DNA of 64,000 nucleotides from an uncultured Deinococcaceae bacterium (GTDB lineage Bacteria > Deinococcota > Deinococci > Deinococcales > Deinococcaceae). Position 1 is the first letter of the stretch. Each line of letters opens with the position of its first letter. The stretch covers positions 26,776 through 90,775 of the forward strand of contig CAXULY010000020.1 in assembly GCA_964252075.1 (NCBI GenBank), written 5' to 3'. Below are positions 9,457-18,033 of the stretch, in pieces. Under the pieces are notes generated by a model that was given only the letters and a program-made list of their open reading frames with translations, ran no database searches and was not told where the DNA came from. A program made the position numbers and the translations under genes.

Positions 9457-10575
9457 ATGAAGACACTCCTGCTGATCACCGCCCTGCTGTCCGGGACCGC
9501 GCTGCTGGCGTCCGCCCAGAACCAGCCGGTCACGCTGAACATCTACTCGGGTGGCGACGTGAACGTGAAGGACCTGTGGGAGCAGAACCTGATCCCCATG
9601 TACCAGAAGGCGCACCCGAACGTCCGCCTGAACCTGGTGTTCTCCCCGCACGGCGCGGGCGACCAGGCCACCCTGGACCGCATGGCCGCCGCCGTGAAGG
9701 CCGGGAAGTCCAGCGGCGTGGACATCATGGAGGGCCCCGTGGACACCGCGGGCGACGCGGGCCTCATGGAGCCCCTCGACGCCAAAAAGGTCCCGATGCT
9801 TGCGCGCGTCGAGCAGAACGTCATCAAGCGCGCGCACGGCTACGGCGTGCCCTACCGCGGCTCCAGCGTGGTCCTCGCGTACGACAGCAGCAAGGTCAAG
9901 AACCCCCCGCGCACCCTCAGCGCGCTCCTCGACTGGGTGAACAAGAACCCCGGGCAGTTCACGTACAACACCCCGGACACCGGCGGCAGCGGCAACGCCT
10001 TCGTGACGCGCATGCTCCGCACCGGCATCAACCAGGCGGACGCCGATTTCTTCGAGACGGACTACGACGCCGCGAAGGAAAAGCAGTGGGACAAGGGCCT
10101 CGCCGCCCTCAAGGCCCTGGCGCCGAAGCTGTACGGGAGCGGCCAGTACTCCAAGAACAACGTCGAGACCCTGCTGCTGCTCGGCAAGGGCGCCATCACC
10201 ATGGGGCCCGTGTGGTCTGACCAGGGCCTCAGCTACCTGAAGCAGGGCCTGCTGCCCAACAACATCAAACTCACGCAGATTGACCCCCCGCTGTACGGTG
10301 GCGCGGCGTACGTGGGCGTCGCGAAGGACAGCGCGAACAAGCCCGCCGCGTACGCCCTTCTGAACTGGATGCTCTCCCCGGACGTGCAGGCCGTCATCGT
10401 GGACAAGATGAACGGCTACCCCGGCGTGAAGCTGCAGTTCATGCCCAAGGACGTGCAGGGCAAGTTCGGGGACATCGCGAAGAACTTCAGCTTCGGCTTT
10501 TCGAGCAAGTTCGGCAGCGACATGAACCGCGTGTGGTACGAGCGCGTCGCGGGCACCCCGCAGCCCAAGCCGTAA
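9457..10575 (+). CDS. ABC transporter extracellular solute-binding protein (PotD/AfuA-like fold)
   Basis: Signal peptide; PYRGSSVVLAYD and TGGSGNAF; first gene of ABC operon. Confidence 0.9.
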   Translation: MKTLLLITALLSGTALLASAQNQPVTLNIYSGGDVNVKDLWEQNLIPMYQKAHPNVRLNLVFSPHGAGDQATLDRMAAAVKAGKSSGVDIMEGPVDTAGDAGLMEPLDAKKVPMLARVEQNVIKRAHGYGVPYRGSSVVLAYDSSKVKNPPRTLSALLDWVNKNPGQFTYNTPDTGGSGNAFVTRMLRTGINQADADFFETDYDAAKEKQWDKGLAALKALAPKLYGSGQYSKNNVETLLLLGKGAITMGPVWSDQGLSYLKQGLLPNNIKLTQIDPPLYGGAAYVGVAKDSANKPAAYALLNWMLSPDVQAVIVDKMNGYPGVKLQFMPKDVQGKFGDIAKNFSFGFSSKFGSDMNRVWYERVAGTPQPKP

Positions 10576-10591
10576 GGCCCAACCACCGCAC

Positions 10592-10619
10592 GGGTGCCCC
10601 CAGCAAGGCGGGGGCACCC
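10592..10619 (+). terminator. GC-rich stem-loop after SBP gene (mRNA stabiliser/attenuator)
   Basis: GGGTGCCCCC-N8-GGGGGCACCC perfect 10-bp stem; no U tract. Confidence 0.5.
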
Positions 10620-10657
10620 AAAGGCTTTGTCGAAGGACCCGTCGGAGGACCCCGCCC

Positions 10658-11572
10658 GTGACCCACACCCTGCCCGCCCCGCGCGCCCGCCGCCGCGTGA
10701 ACCCCCAGGCGCTCTGGGGGCTGCTGTTCATGCTGCCCCCCATGCTGGTGCTGGTCTTTCTGGTGCTGCTGCCCGCCCTGGAGGCGCTGCGCTTCTCGCT
10801 GGGCCTCGTGCCGCAGGGGAACGTCTCGTACGCCAGCGGCCTGAACCTCGTCAGCACGCAGACGCCCACCCTGAAGGTTTTCGAGAACGTGTTCGCCAGC
10901 GACGCGTTCAAGCAGAACATGCGCCTCACGTTGTTCGTGACCTTCGCGTCGGTGCTGCTGCTGACCGCCATCGCCTACGCCCTCGCGCTGTACGCGCGCT
11001 TCGGGCGGGGGCGCCTGAGGAACATCGTCCGCACCCTGTACCTGCTCCCCATGTTCGTGCCGGGCATCATCGCGGTGTACGCCCTCATCACCTTCTACGG
11101 CGACAACGGCCTGCTCGAAGCGATGCTCAGCGTGCTGCACATCCCCTACACTTCCCCCATCCGCCACGAGTGGGGCATCGTCCTCGGGCAGGTCTGGACG
11201 GGCATCCCCTTCGCGGTCCTGATGCTCTCCAGCGGCCTCGACGGCGTCTCCGAGGAGCAGGTGGAGGCCGCGCGCGACGCCGGCGCGACCTTCTGGACGC
11301 TCCTCGTGCGCGTCGTGCTGCCCCTCAACCTCGTGCCGCTGCTGATCGTCCTGACCTTCACCTTCATCGGCGTGTTCGGCAGCTTCACCGTCCCGTACCT
11401 GCTCGGCCCCGCCGCGCCGCAGATGCTCGGCGTGAGCATGCAGATGAACTTCGGCGCCTTCCGCCAGCCGCAGGTCGCCGTCGCGCTCGCCGTGTTCAGC
11501 TTCGCGGTGTGCGCCGTCGTCGGGTACCTGTACGTGCTCGCCACCACCCGCCAGAACCGGGGGCGCGCATGA
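10658..11572 (+). CDS. ABC transporter permease
   Basis: EAA loop EAARDAGA; 6 TM. Confidence 0.9.
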   Translation: MTHTLPAPRARRRVNPQALWGLLFMLPPMLVLVFLVLLPALEALRFSLGLVPQGNVSYASGLNLVSTQTPTLKVFENVFASDAFKQNMRLTLFVTFASVLLLTAIAYALALYARFGRGRLRNIVRTLYLLPMFVPGIIAVYALITFYGDNGLLEAMLSVLHIPYTSPIRHEWGIVLGQVWTGIPFAVLMLSSGLDGVSEEQVEAARDAGATFWTLLVRVVLPLNLVPLLIVLTFTFIGVFGSFTVPYLLGPAAPQMLGVSMQMNFGAFRQPQVAVALAVFSFAVCAVVGYLYVLATTRQNRGRA

Positions 11573-11700
11573 GACGGCTGACCTCTGTTCCGGGACCGAA
11601 GGGAACGACGCCCTTCCGTCCCTCCACGCCTGTCAGCCGTCCATCTCTCCCACTCGCTCCGCTCGAACGGAGCCCGGAACCCCACCGGACTCCGTCGGAG
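11573..11700. repeat. Nested-hairpin intergenic element resembling Deinococcus small non-coding repeats
   Basis: IR GACGGCTGAC/GTCAGCCGTC (11573-82/11632-41) enclosing an inner hairpin, then CTCCCACTCGCTCCGCTCG, recalled from Deinococcus repeats. Confidence 0.5.
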
Positions 11701-11705
11701 GTTCT

Positions 11706-12536
11706 GTGAGCCTCACCTGGTTCTGGCAGTCCAAGCCGCTGCGCGGCGCGGTCACGCTGGTCGCCGTGATCGCCTTCGGGGCCTTCCTGCTGCTGCCCCT
11801 GTGGACACTGCTGCTGTGGGCGGTCGCCACCCGCTGGAACTTCCCGGGCCTCGTGCCGCAGCAGTTCGGGCTGCGCTGGTGGGGCTGGGTGTTCCAGAAC
11901 GCCGACGTGGGCAAGTCCGCCTTCTGGAGCCTCACCACGGCGCCCACCGTCACGCTCCTCGCGGCGTGCGTGTGCCTGCCCGCCGCGTACGCCTTCGCGC
12001 GCTTCGACTTCCCCCTCAAGCGCCTCTTGTACGTGTCGCTGCTCGCGTCGAACGCCTTCCCGAAGATCGGGCTGTACATCGCCATCGCGGCCTTCTTCTT
12101 CCAGTTTGGGCTGATCGGCACCTTCTGGGGCGTGGTGCTGGTGCAGCTGATCGGGACGCTCGTGAACATGACCTGGATTCCCGCGGCGGCCTTCGGGGCG
12201 GTGCCGCGCGAGCTGGAGGAAGCGGCGCGCGACGCGGGCGCCAGCCCCCTGCGCGTGTTCTTCACGGTGACCTTGCCCATCGCCATGCCGGGCATCATCG
12301 TGGCGCTCATCCTGACCTTCCTGGGGTCGCTGGACGAGTCGCAGGCGACCTTGGTGGTGGGCGCGCCGACCATCACGACGCTGCCCGTCCTGATGTACAC
12401 GCTGGTGGACAGCTACCCGGAGCCGTTGGGCGCGGTGTTCAGCGTGCTGCTCGCCACGCCGTCCGTGCTGCTGCTCATTCTGGCGCGCCGTTACCTGCTC
12501 GCGGGCTACCTCGCTGCAGGCTTCAAGGGAGGCTGA
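11706..12536 (+). CDS. ABC transporter permease
   Basis: EAA loop LEEAARDAGA; TTLPVLMY. Confidence 0.9.
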   Translation: MSLTWFWQSKPLRGAVTLVAVIAFGAFLLLPLWTLLLWAVATRWNFPGLVPQQFGLRWWGWVFQNADVGKSAFWSLTTAPTVTLLAACVCLPAAYAFARFDFPLKRLLYVSLLASNAFPKIGLYIAIAAFFFQFGLIGTFWGVVLVQLIGTLVNMTWIPAAAFGAVPRELEEAARDAGASPLRVFFTVTLPIAMPGIIVALILTFLGSLDESQATLVVGAPTITTLPVLMYTLVDSYPEPLGAVFSVLLATPSVLLLILARRYLLAGYLAAGFKGG

Positions 12537-12541
12537 ACCCT

Positions 12542-13597
12542 ATGGCCGAGATCCACTTCGATCGAGTGTCCAAGATCTACGCGGGCCGACCCGCCGTGAA
12601 CGACTTGCAACTGCGCGTGGCGAGCGGTGAGCTGGTGTGCCTGCTCGGCCCGTCCGGTTGCGGCAAGACCACCTCGCTGCGCATGCTGGCGGGCTTCCTC
12701 ACGCCGGACGCGGGCGACATCACCCTGAGCGGCAAGAGCCTCCTCAGGCTCGGGCCTGAAGCGCGCCCCACCGCGATGGTCTTCCAGCGCTACACGCTGT
12801 GGCCGCACATGAACGTGTTCCACAACGTCGCCTTCGGGCTGAAGCTGCGCCGCGTGCCCGCCGCCGACATCCAGCGCCGCGTGGGCCGCGCGCTGGAACT
12901 CGTGGGCCTGCCCGGCATGGAGCGCCGCGCGCCCGCGCAGCTCTCCGGCGGGCAGCAGCAGCGCGTCGCGCTCGCCCGCGCGCTCGTGCTGGAACCCCAG
13001 GTGCTGCTCCTCGACGAGCCCCTCAGCAGCCTCGACGCGAAACTGCGCGTGGCCCTGCGCACGGAAATCCGCAGCATCCAGCGGGAACTCGGCATCACCA
13101 CGGTGTTCGTCACGCACGACCAGGAGGAAGCGATGGCCGTCGCGGACCGCATCGCCGTGATGTTCGGCGGTGTGCTGCACCAGGCGGACGCGCCCGGCAC
13201 CCTGTACGGGCGGCCCGCCACGCGGCAGGTCGCGGACTTCATCGGCGCGATGAACTTCCTGCCCGCCACCGCGACTGGCAGCCGCGTGACCGCCGGGCCG
13301 CTCGCCTTCGAACTGGCGGGCGAACCCATCGGCCGTGACCTGGAGGTCGCCGTGCGCCCCGAGGACCTCGTGCTGGGCGAGGAGGGCGCGCCCGCCGAGG
13401 TGCTGGGCGAATCCGACCTCGGGCATTACCGCGAGGTGCGCGTGCGCGCCGCGGGCCTGGAAGCGCCCCTCACCGCCTTCGTGCCGCGCGGCGAGGGCCT
13501 GTGGGGCGGCGCCATACGCGTGCGCCGCGCCCTCGCGTACGCGGGCGGGCAGCTGGTGGGCGAGGTCGTGCCCGTGCCCGCCGAGGTGCGAAGGTGA
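12542..13597 (+). CDS. ABC transporter ATP-binding protein (PotA/FbpC-like)
   Basis: Walker A GPSGCGKT, signature LSGGQQQR, Walker B LLLDEP, VTHDQEEA. Confidence 0.95.
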   Translation: MAEIHFDRVSKIYAGRPAVNDLQLRVASGELVCLLGPSGCGKTTSLRMLAGFLTPDAGDITLSGKSLLRLGPEARPTAMVFQRYTLWPHMNVFHNVAFGLKLRRVPAADIQRRVGRALELVGLPGMERRAPAQLSGGQQQRVALARALVLEPQVLLLDEPLSSLDAKLRVALRTEIRSIQRELGITTVFVTHDQEEAMAVADRIAVMFGGVLHQADAPGTLYGRPATRQVADFIGAMNFLPATATGSRVTAGPLAFELAGEPIGRDLEVAVRPEDLVLGEEGAPAEVLGESDLGHYREVRVRAAGLEAPLTAFVPRGEGLWGGAIRVRRALAYAGGQLVGEVVPVPAEVRR

Positions 13598-14331
13598 GTG
13601 CCCGCGCGCCGTACCTCCTCGACCGCCACGCGGGCGGCGTGCTGCGCACCGCGCACCGCGGCGCGCCCCGCCTCGCGCCAGACAACACCTTGGAAGCTAT
13701 TCAGGCTGCCGCGAGCTTCCCGGTGGACTTCATCGAGGTGGACGTGCACCGCACGCGCGACGGGCAACTGCTCCTCTGGCACGATGCGCACCTCGTCACG
13801 CCCGAAGGCGCGCACGAGATCGCCGCGCTCACCGTGGCGGAGGCCCGCGCGCTCGGCCTGCCGGACGGCACCCTCGCCACCCTCCCCGAAGCCATCGAGG
13901 TCGCGCGCGGCCGGACGGGCCTCATGATCGACCTGAAGGCCCCGGACCTGCACGAGCCCATCATCGCCGCCCTGAAGGGCGCGAACTACTTCGATGCCCT
14001 GGTCTGTGGTGACTACGACGACACCCTCGCTCGCGTGAAGGCCGCCCTGCTGGACGTGGCCGCCTCCCGCACACCGGACGCCGCGTACCACCGCGACCTC
14101 CCCGCGCGCCTCGCCGCCCAGCCGCACCTCGACGCGCTCACCGTGTACTGGCGCACCGTCGGGTCAGACCTCATGGCCGCCGCGCGGGCCGCCGGCGTGC
14201 TGGTCCTCGCCTGGACGGTGGACCACCGCCACATCGCGGATCATGTCCTCAGTGCGGGCGCGCACGGCATCACCAGCAACGATGTCGGGCTGCTGGCCGG
14301 ACTGCGGGACTCGGCCCCGGTGGCCGAGTGA
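13594..14331 (+). CDS. Glycerophosphodiester phosphodiesterase
   Basis: AHRGA, DNTLEA, IEVDVH, LWHD, WTVD, GITSN; GTGA overlap with ATPase. Confidence 0.9.
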   Translation: MSARAPYLLDRHAGGVLRTAHRGAPRLAPDNTLEAIQAAASFPVDFIEVDVHRTRDGQLLLWHDAHLVTPEGAHEIAALTVAEARALGLPDGTLATLPEAIEVARGRTGLMIDLKAPDLHEPIIAALKGANYFDALVCGDYDDTLARVKAALLDVAASRTPDAAYHRDLPARLAAQPHLDALTVYWRTVGSDLMAAARAAGVLVLAWTVDHRHIADHVLSAGAHGITSNDVGLLAGLRDSAPVAE

Positions 14332-14512
14332 TCTGGACGCCCGCGCCCGGTTCGGCCGCTCACCTGACCAGGCCGTCACCGACGCGGCGCACACGGGACG
14401 ACGGTGCTGACCGCCAACCTGCCCGGCAACGAGGCCGAGGGCAGCGAGGTCAGGGACCGGGCGCAGGTGCGGACGCCGCACATCGCCGGCCTGCTGAGCG
14501 CCTGGGGAGGGC

Positions 14513-14770
14513 ATGACCCGCTCCCGACCCGTGCGGCTGGCGCACCTGATCGACCTGCACCTGTGGCCGGATGGTGGCCAAGCCGCGCAGCAGACCGCGC
14601 GGGCCCTGGAACACGCCCAGGCCAGCGGAGCCGAGCTCCTGCTGATGGGCGGTGACCTGGTGATGGACGCCCTGACCCGCACCGCCAGGGAGGTGGAGGC
14701 GCAGTGGGCGGTGGTCCAGGCGGTGCTGCGCAAGCACGTCCGGGTGCCGGTGCACCACGCGCATGCAGCC
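14513..14770 (+). pseudogene. 3'-truncated calcineurin-like metallophosphoesterase
   Basis: LAHLIDLH and GGDLVMD motifs present; the frame loses protein character where GNH is expected. Confidence 0.65.
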
Positions 14771-14869
14771 CGGGAACTGATGGCCGACCCTGAAAAAAGC
14801 GCGAGCACAGCGTGCCATGGGTGGTTCATCAGGGCGGAGTGGAAAGGATGGGGGACGGCAGGGCCGATG

Positions 14870-14911
14870 TGTCATCAGGCGGTCATCGGTTCGAATCCAA
14901 TTTCTGGCTCA
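14870..14911 (+). tRNA. 3' half of tRNA-Thr(TGT)-like gene (att-site-like remnant)
   Basis: TGT-CA-TCAGG-CGGTC-ATCGG-TTCGAAT-CCAAT-TTCTGGC-T-CA; 5' half absent. Confidence 0.65.
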
Positions 14912-14912
14912 G

Positions 14913-14945
14913 ATCAAGCCCGCTCCAGGCAGGCTTGATTCTTTT
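14913..14945 (+). terminator. Intrinsic terminator following the tRNA remnant
   Basis: ATCAAGCC-N11-GGCTTGAT then TCTTTT. Confidence 0.65.
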
Positions 14946-15150
14946 CCCCCCAGACAGGCTGAGCGCCCTGACGGCCCATGCGACCGCGAGGCGCGCTCGG
15001 AACGCCCCGATTCCAGGTCAGTCGGTCGGATGGTGCCACCGGTGAAGCGCCAGGGCTGGTGTCCCCCCGCCCCCGGCCAGCGTGAGCTGTTCCCGTCTGT
15101 CGTCCTGGCCACGTCCACGCCAATCGCACGGGCGGCACGACCGGTTGGAC

Positions 15151-15190
15151 TTGACAGCGGATCACGAAACATTTAACGTTCTAGTTAAAT
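15151..15190 (+). promoter_or_regulatory. Sigma70-type promoter with ArsR operator
   Basis: TTGACA-17-TAACGT; IR ATTTAAC-N6-GTTAAAT overlapping -10 and start codon. Confidence 0.75.
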
Positions 15191-15533
15191 GAGCCGTCTT
15201 GATGTGACCTTCGCCGCCCTCGCCGACCCCACCCGGCGCGCCATCCTCGCGCAGCTCACCCAGCAGGAACGCACCGCCGGTGAACTCGCCCAACCCTTCG
15301 ACATCTCACTCCCCGCCATCTCCCGCCACCTGCGCGTCCTGCAAGACGCCGCGCTGATCACCGCCGAACAGCGTGGCAAGTACCGCGTGCACCGCCTCAA
15401 CGGCCCCGCCTTCATGGAGGCGGCCCAGTGGCTCGACGCCTACCGAGGGTTCTGGAGCGACGGCCTGGACTGGCTCGAAGCCCACCTTAACCGCAAAGGA
15501 GCAGCCACCGATGGCACCCCGGACCACACCTGA
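15189..15533 (+). CDS. ArsR/SmtB-family (SdpR-like) repressor
   Basis: FAALADPTRRAIL, ISRHLRVL. Confidence 0.9.
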   Translation: MSRLDVTFAALADPTRRAILAQLTQQERTAGELAQPFDISLPAISRHLRVLQDAALITAEQRGKYRVHRLNGPAFMEAAQWLDAYRGFWSDGLDWLEAHLNRKGAATDGTPDHT

Positions 15534-15990
15534 ACCCACCCCCGCGGCCGCCCAGGACACCAACGCCTTCGAGATCACCCGCCATTTCGCCGTCCCAGCC
15601 GAAATGCTCTTCGATGCCTGGGTCGGCCCCGAGTGGGCCCAGTGGCTGCCGTACCCACAGGCGGTCATCGAAATCAACCAGATCGACACCAGAACAGGGG
15701 GCCGTTACGACCTGACGGCCCGCCTCCCGGGAGGACCAACGCTGACGCTGTCCGGAACGTACCTCGAAGTGTCCCGCCCCACGAAACTGGTGTTCACCTG
15801 GCACTCCAGCCTCTCCCCGCACGATTCGTTGGTCAGCGTCACGCTGCGCCCCAGCGGTGAGGGCACGCTCCTGACCCTGCGCCACGAGCACCTCCCCATT
15901 CCGGACCTGTTGACCAACCACCGGAGCGGCTGGCTGAGCGCCCTCGACCGGCTGCGGACCCGGATGCCGCCCACCCAGCGCCACCCATAA
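15511..15990 (+). CDS. SRPBCC/AHSA1 domain protein
   Basis: FDAW, GTYLEVSRPTKLVFTW, GTLLTLRHE, GWLSALDRL. Confidence 0.85.
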   Translation: MAPRTTPEPTPAAAQDTNAFEITRHFAVPAEMLFDAWVGPEWAQWLPYPQAVIEINQIDTRTGGRYDLTARLPGGPTLTLSGTYLEVSRPTKLVFTWHSSLSPHDSLVSVTLRPSGEGTLLTLRHEHLPIPDLLTNHRSGWLSALDRLRTRMPPTQRHP

Positions 15991-16136
15991 CCCATCACCT
16001 CGGCCAGACGGCGCCTCACCTTCACCCTGGTCCGCCGCCAGACCACCTCCGGAACGCACAACGACGTCCACGCCACCACTCAGGTGCGCGTGGCACAGGG
16101 CCCTGTTGCCACCCCTTCCCCATCAAGGAGACGATC

Positions 16137-16952
16137 ATGCGCACCCCCACGGACCGCAGCACCACCGTCTTGATCACCGGCGCTGCCGGCACCCTTGGGC
16201 AGTTGCTCATCCCGCTGCTGCTGGAAGCTGGGGCGGACGTGCGCGCCCTCAGCCGGCGGGGCGGCGCGGACCGTCCGCACCTCACCTGGACGAAAGGAGA
16301 CGTGACCCATGCGGCCACCCTGCGCCGTGCACTGGAGGGCGTTGATGTGGTCGTGCACCTCGCCTCCAACGCCCAGAAGGCCGGGGCGGACCTGACGATG
16401 GGACGGGCCCTGGTGGCCGCCGCGCGCGACGCTGAAGTTCAGCGGCTGGTGTACATGAGCATCGTCTCGCTGGAAGGCATGCCGGGCGCCGCCTACTGCC
16501 GGGAGAAGCTCGCGGTGGAACGGCTGATCGAGGAAAGTCAGCGGCCGTACACCATCGTGCGAGCCACCCAGTTTCACGAACTGGTGGCGCAGATCATCGG
16601 AATGCTCACCCTCGGGCCGGTGAGCCTGGTGCCGACGGGGGTTTCGCTGCAACCGGTGGACGGCCGCGCGGTGGCCCGGCGGCTGGCTGAACTCACGCTG
16701 GGTGAGGCGGCGGGACGGGTTCAGGACCTGTGCGGGCCGGAAGTCCTGGCGGTGGAACAGCTGGCCCGGATCCATCACCACGCGCGGCATGTCCGGAAGT
16801 CCGTCCTGAGCGTGCCCATGCCGCTGCCCCTCTTCAACGCATGGCAAAAGGGCGCGGCGTTGCCTGGCGATGCGCAGCGAGTGGGACGGTCCTGGCAGGC
16901 CTGGTGCGAGTCCACGCCATCACCCAGCCCGACGCGACCGCGACACGCCTGA
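16137..16952 (+). CDS. Atypical SDR / NmrA-like NAD(P)-binding oxidoreductase
   Basis: VLITGAAGTLG, VVVHLAS, YTIVRATQFHE; AAGGAG RBS. Confidence 0.85.
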   Translation: MRTPTDRSTTVLITGAAGTLGQLLIPLLLEAGADVRALSRRGGADRPHLTWTKGDVTHAATLRRALEGVDVVVHLASNAQKAGADLTMGRALVAAARDAEVQRLVYMSIVSLEGMPGAAYCREKLAVERLIEESQRPYTIVRATQFHELVAQIIGMLTLGPVSLVPTGVSLQPVDGRAVARRLAELTLGEAAGRVQDLCGPEVLAVEQLARIHHHARHVRKSVLSVPMPLPLFNAWQKGAALPGDAQRVGRSWQAWCESTPSPSPTRPRHA

Positions 16953-17039
16953 ACACGCGGCAGGGGCGGACGCGGAGGACATTCATCCGTTGAAGAGGGG
17001 AATGGTCCGGCTGACCCTAGGTTGAGCAGCTGGAGCGCG

Positions 17040-17215
17040 GCGTTCGCCGAGGCCTCCGCGCTCCAGCTGGGCAGCCGGGACACGAATGGGGCTTCCCCGA
17101 AGCCCTCAGATCTCCTCGACTGCCCGGAGCTGGACCTGGTCCGCGCGGCGCTCACGTTCCTCGCGAACCCTGCCAGCTGAGACACGGGTGAGCGCTTCAA
17201 GCACGACCACCCCAG
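17040..17215 (+). pseudogene. Gene remnant homologous to 54483-54701
   Basis: AFAEASALQLGSRDTNG..PAS*DTGERFKHDHP aligns with AFADARPLQMGHRDTNG..PATWETGVRFEHDHP. Confidence 0.55.
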
Positions 17216-17319
17216 TCGCACTGTGCGGGAGGGCCGTCAGCACACCCACGACGCCCTGACGGCCCTCGAACGCACCGCCCGGTGATCTGGGCCTTCAGGC
17301 GCAAGCGCACCTGAGCCGG

Positions 17320-17901
17320 TCACGGCTGGGCGGCGAGTCCCGCAATGAGCAGGTTCACCATGCGGCGGGCATCGAAGGCGGCATCCGCGCCGGCCCCCGC
17401 GCACAGGCTGCCCACGGCGCGCAGCAGGTCCTGGGCGGGAATGTCGGTGTTGATCTCGGCCGCTTCGGTGGCCGCGTGCAGGAGTTGAGCGCACACCGGC
17501 ACGAGGCGCTCGAGGAAGTAGTGGATCAGGGTGTCGAAGCCGCCCTTGTCGGATTGCAGCACGGCTGCCAGCCCGTGCTTGGTGATCAAAAAGTCGACGA
17601 AGAGGTCAATCCACTGGGTGAGGGCGGCGTGCGGGCTCGCGCTGCGTTGCAGCAGGGCTGGACCTGCCTCGGCGCAGGCCTCGACCTGGTAGCGGTACAC
17701 CGCGATGATGAGGTCGGCGCGGGTAGGGAAGTGTCGGTAGAGGGTGCCCATGCCCACGCCCGCTTTGGCGGCGATGTCGCGCACCGGGACATCCACGCCT
17801 GAGGTGACGAACAGTTCGGCGGCCGTGGCGATCAGGTGTTGTTCGTTGCGGTGGGCGTCGGTGCGCCTGCGGCGGTTGGTGGGCTTGGGGGTGTCGTTCA
17901 T
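17320..17901 (-). CDS. TetR/AcrR-family regulator
   Basis: RTDAHRN, IAAKAGVGMGTLYRHFPTR. Confidence 0.9.
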   Translation of the reverse strand: MNDTPKPTNRRRRTDAHRNEQHLIATAAELFVTSGVDVPVRDIAAKAGVGMGTLYRHFPTRADLIIAVYRYQVEACAEAGPALLQRSASPHAALTQWIDLFVDFLITKHGLAAVLQSDKGGFDTLIHYFLERLVPVCAQLLHAATEAAEINTDIPAQDLLRAVGSLCAGAGADAAFDARRMVNLLIAGLAAQP

Positions 17902-17939
17902 GGCTTCTTTCATTCGGCGGTGCTGCCGACGCAGGTCAC

Positions 17940-17984
17940 TTGACAAACGGAGCATTGCTCCGTAATTTAGTGGAGCGCCGCTCC
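17940..17984 (+). promoter_or_regulatory. Promoter TTGACA-17-TAATTT with two TetR operator palindromes
   Basis: ACGGAGC-ATT-GCTCCGT (17947-63) and GGAGCG-C-CGCTCC (17972-84). Confidence 0.75.
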
Positions 17985-18033
17985 GGATCATGCTACCGCA
18001 GCAGCGACACTACCGGCAAGACGGAGATCACCC

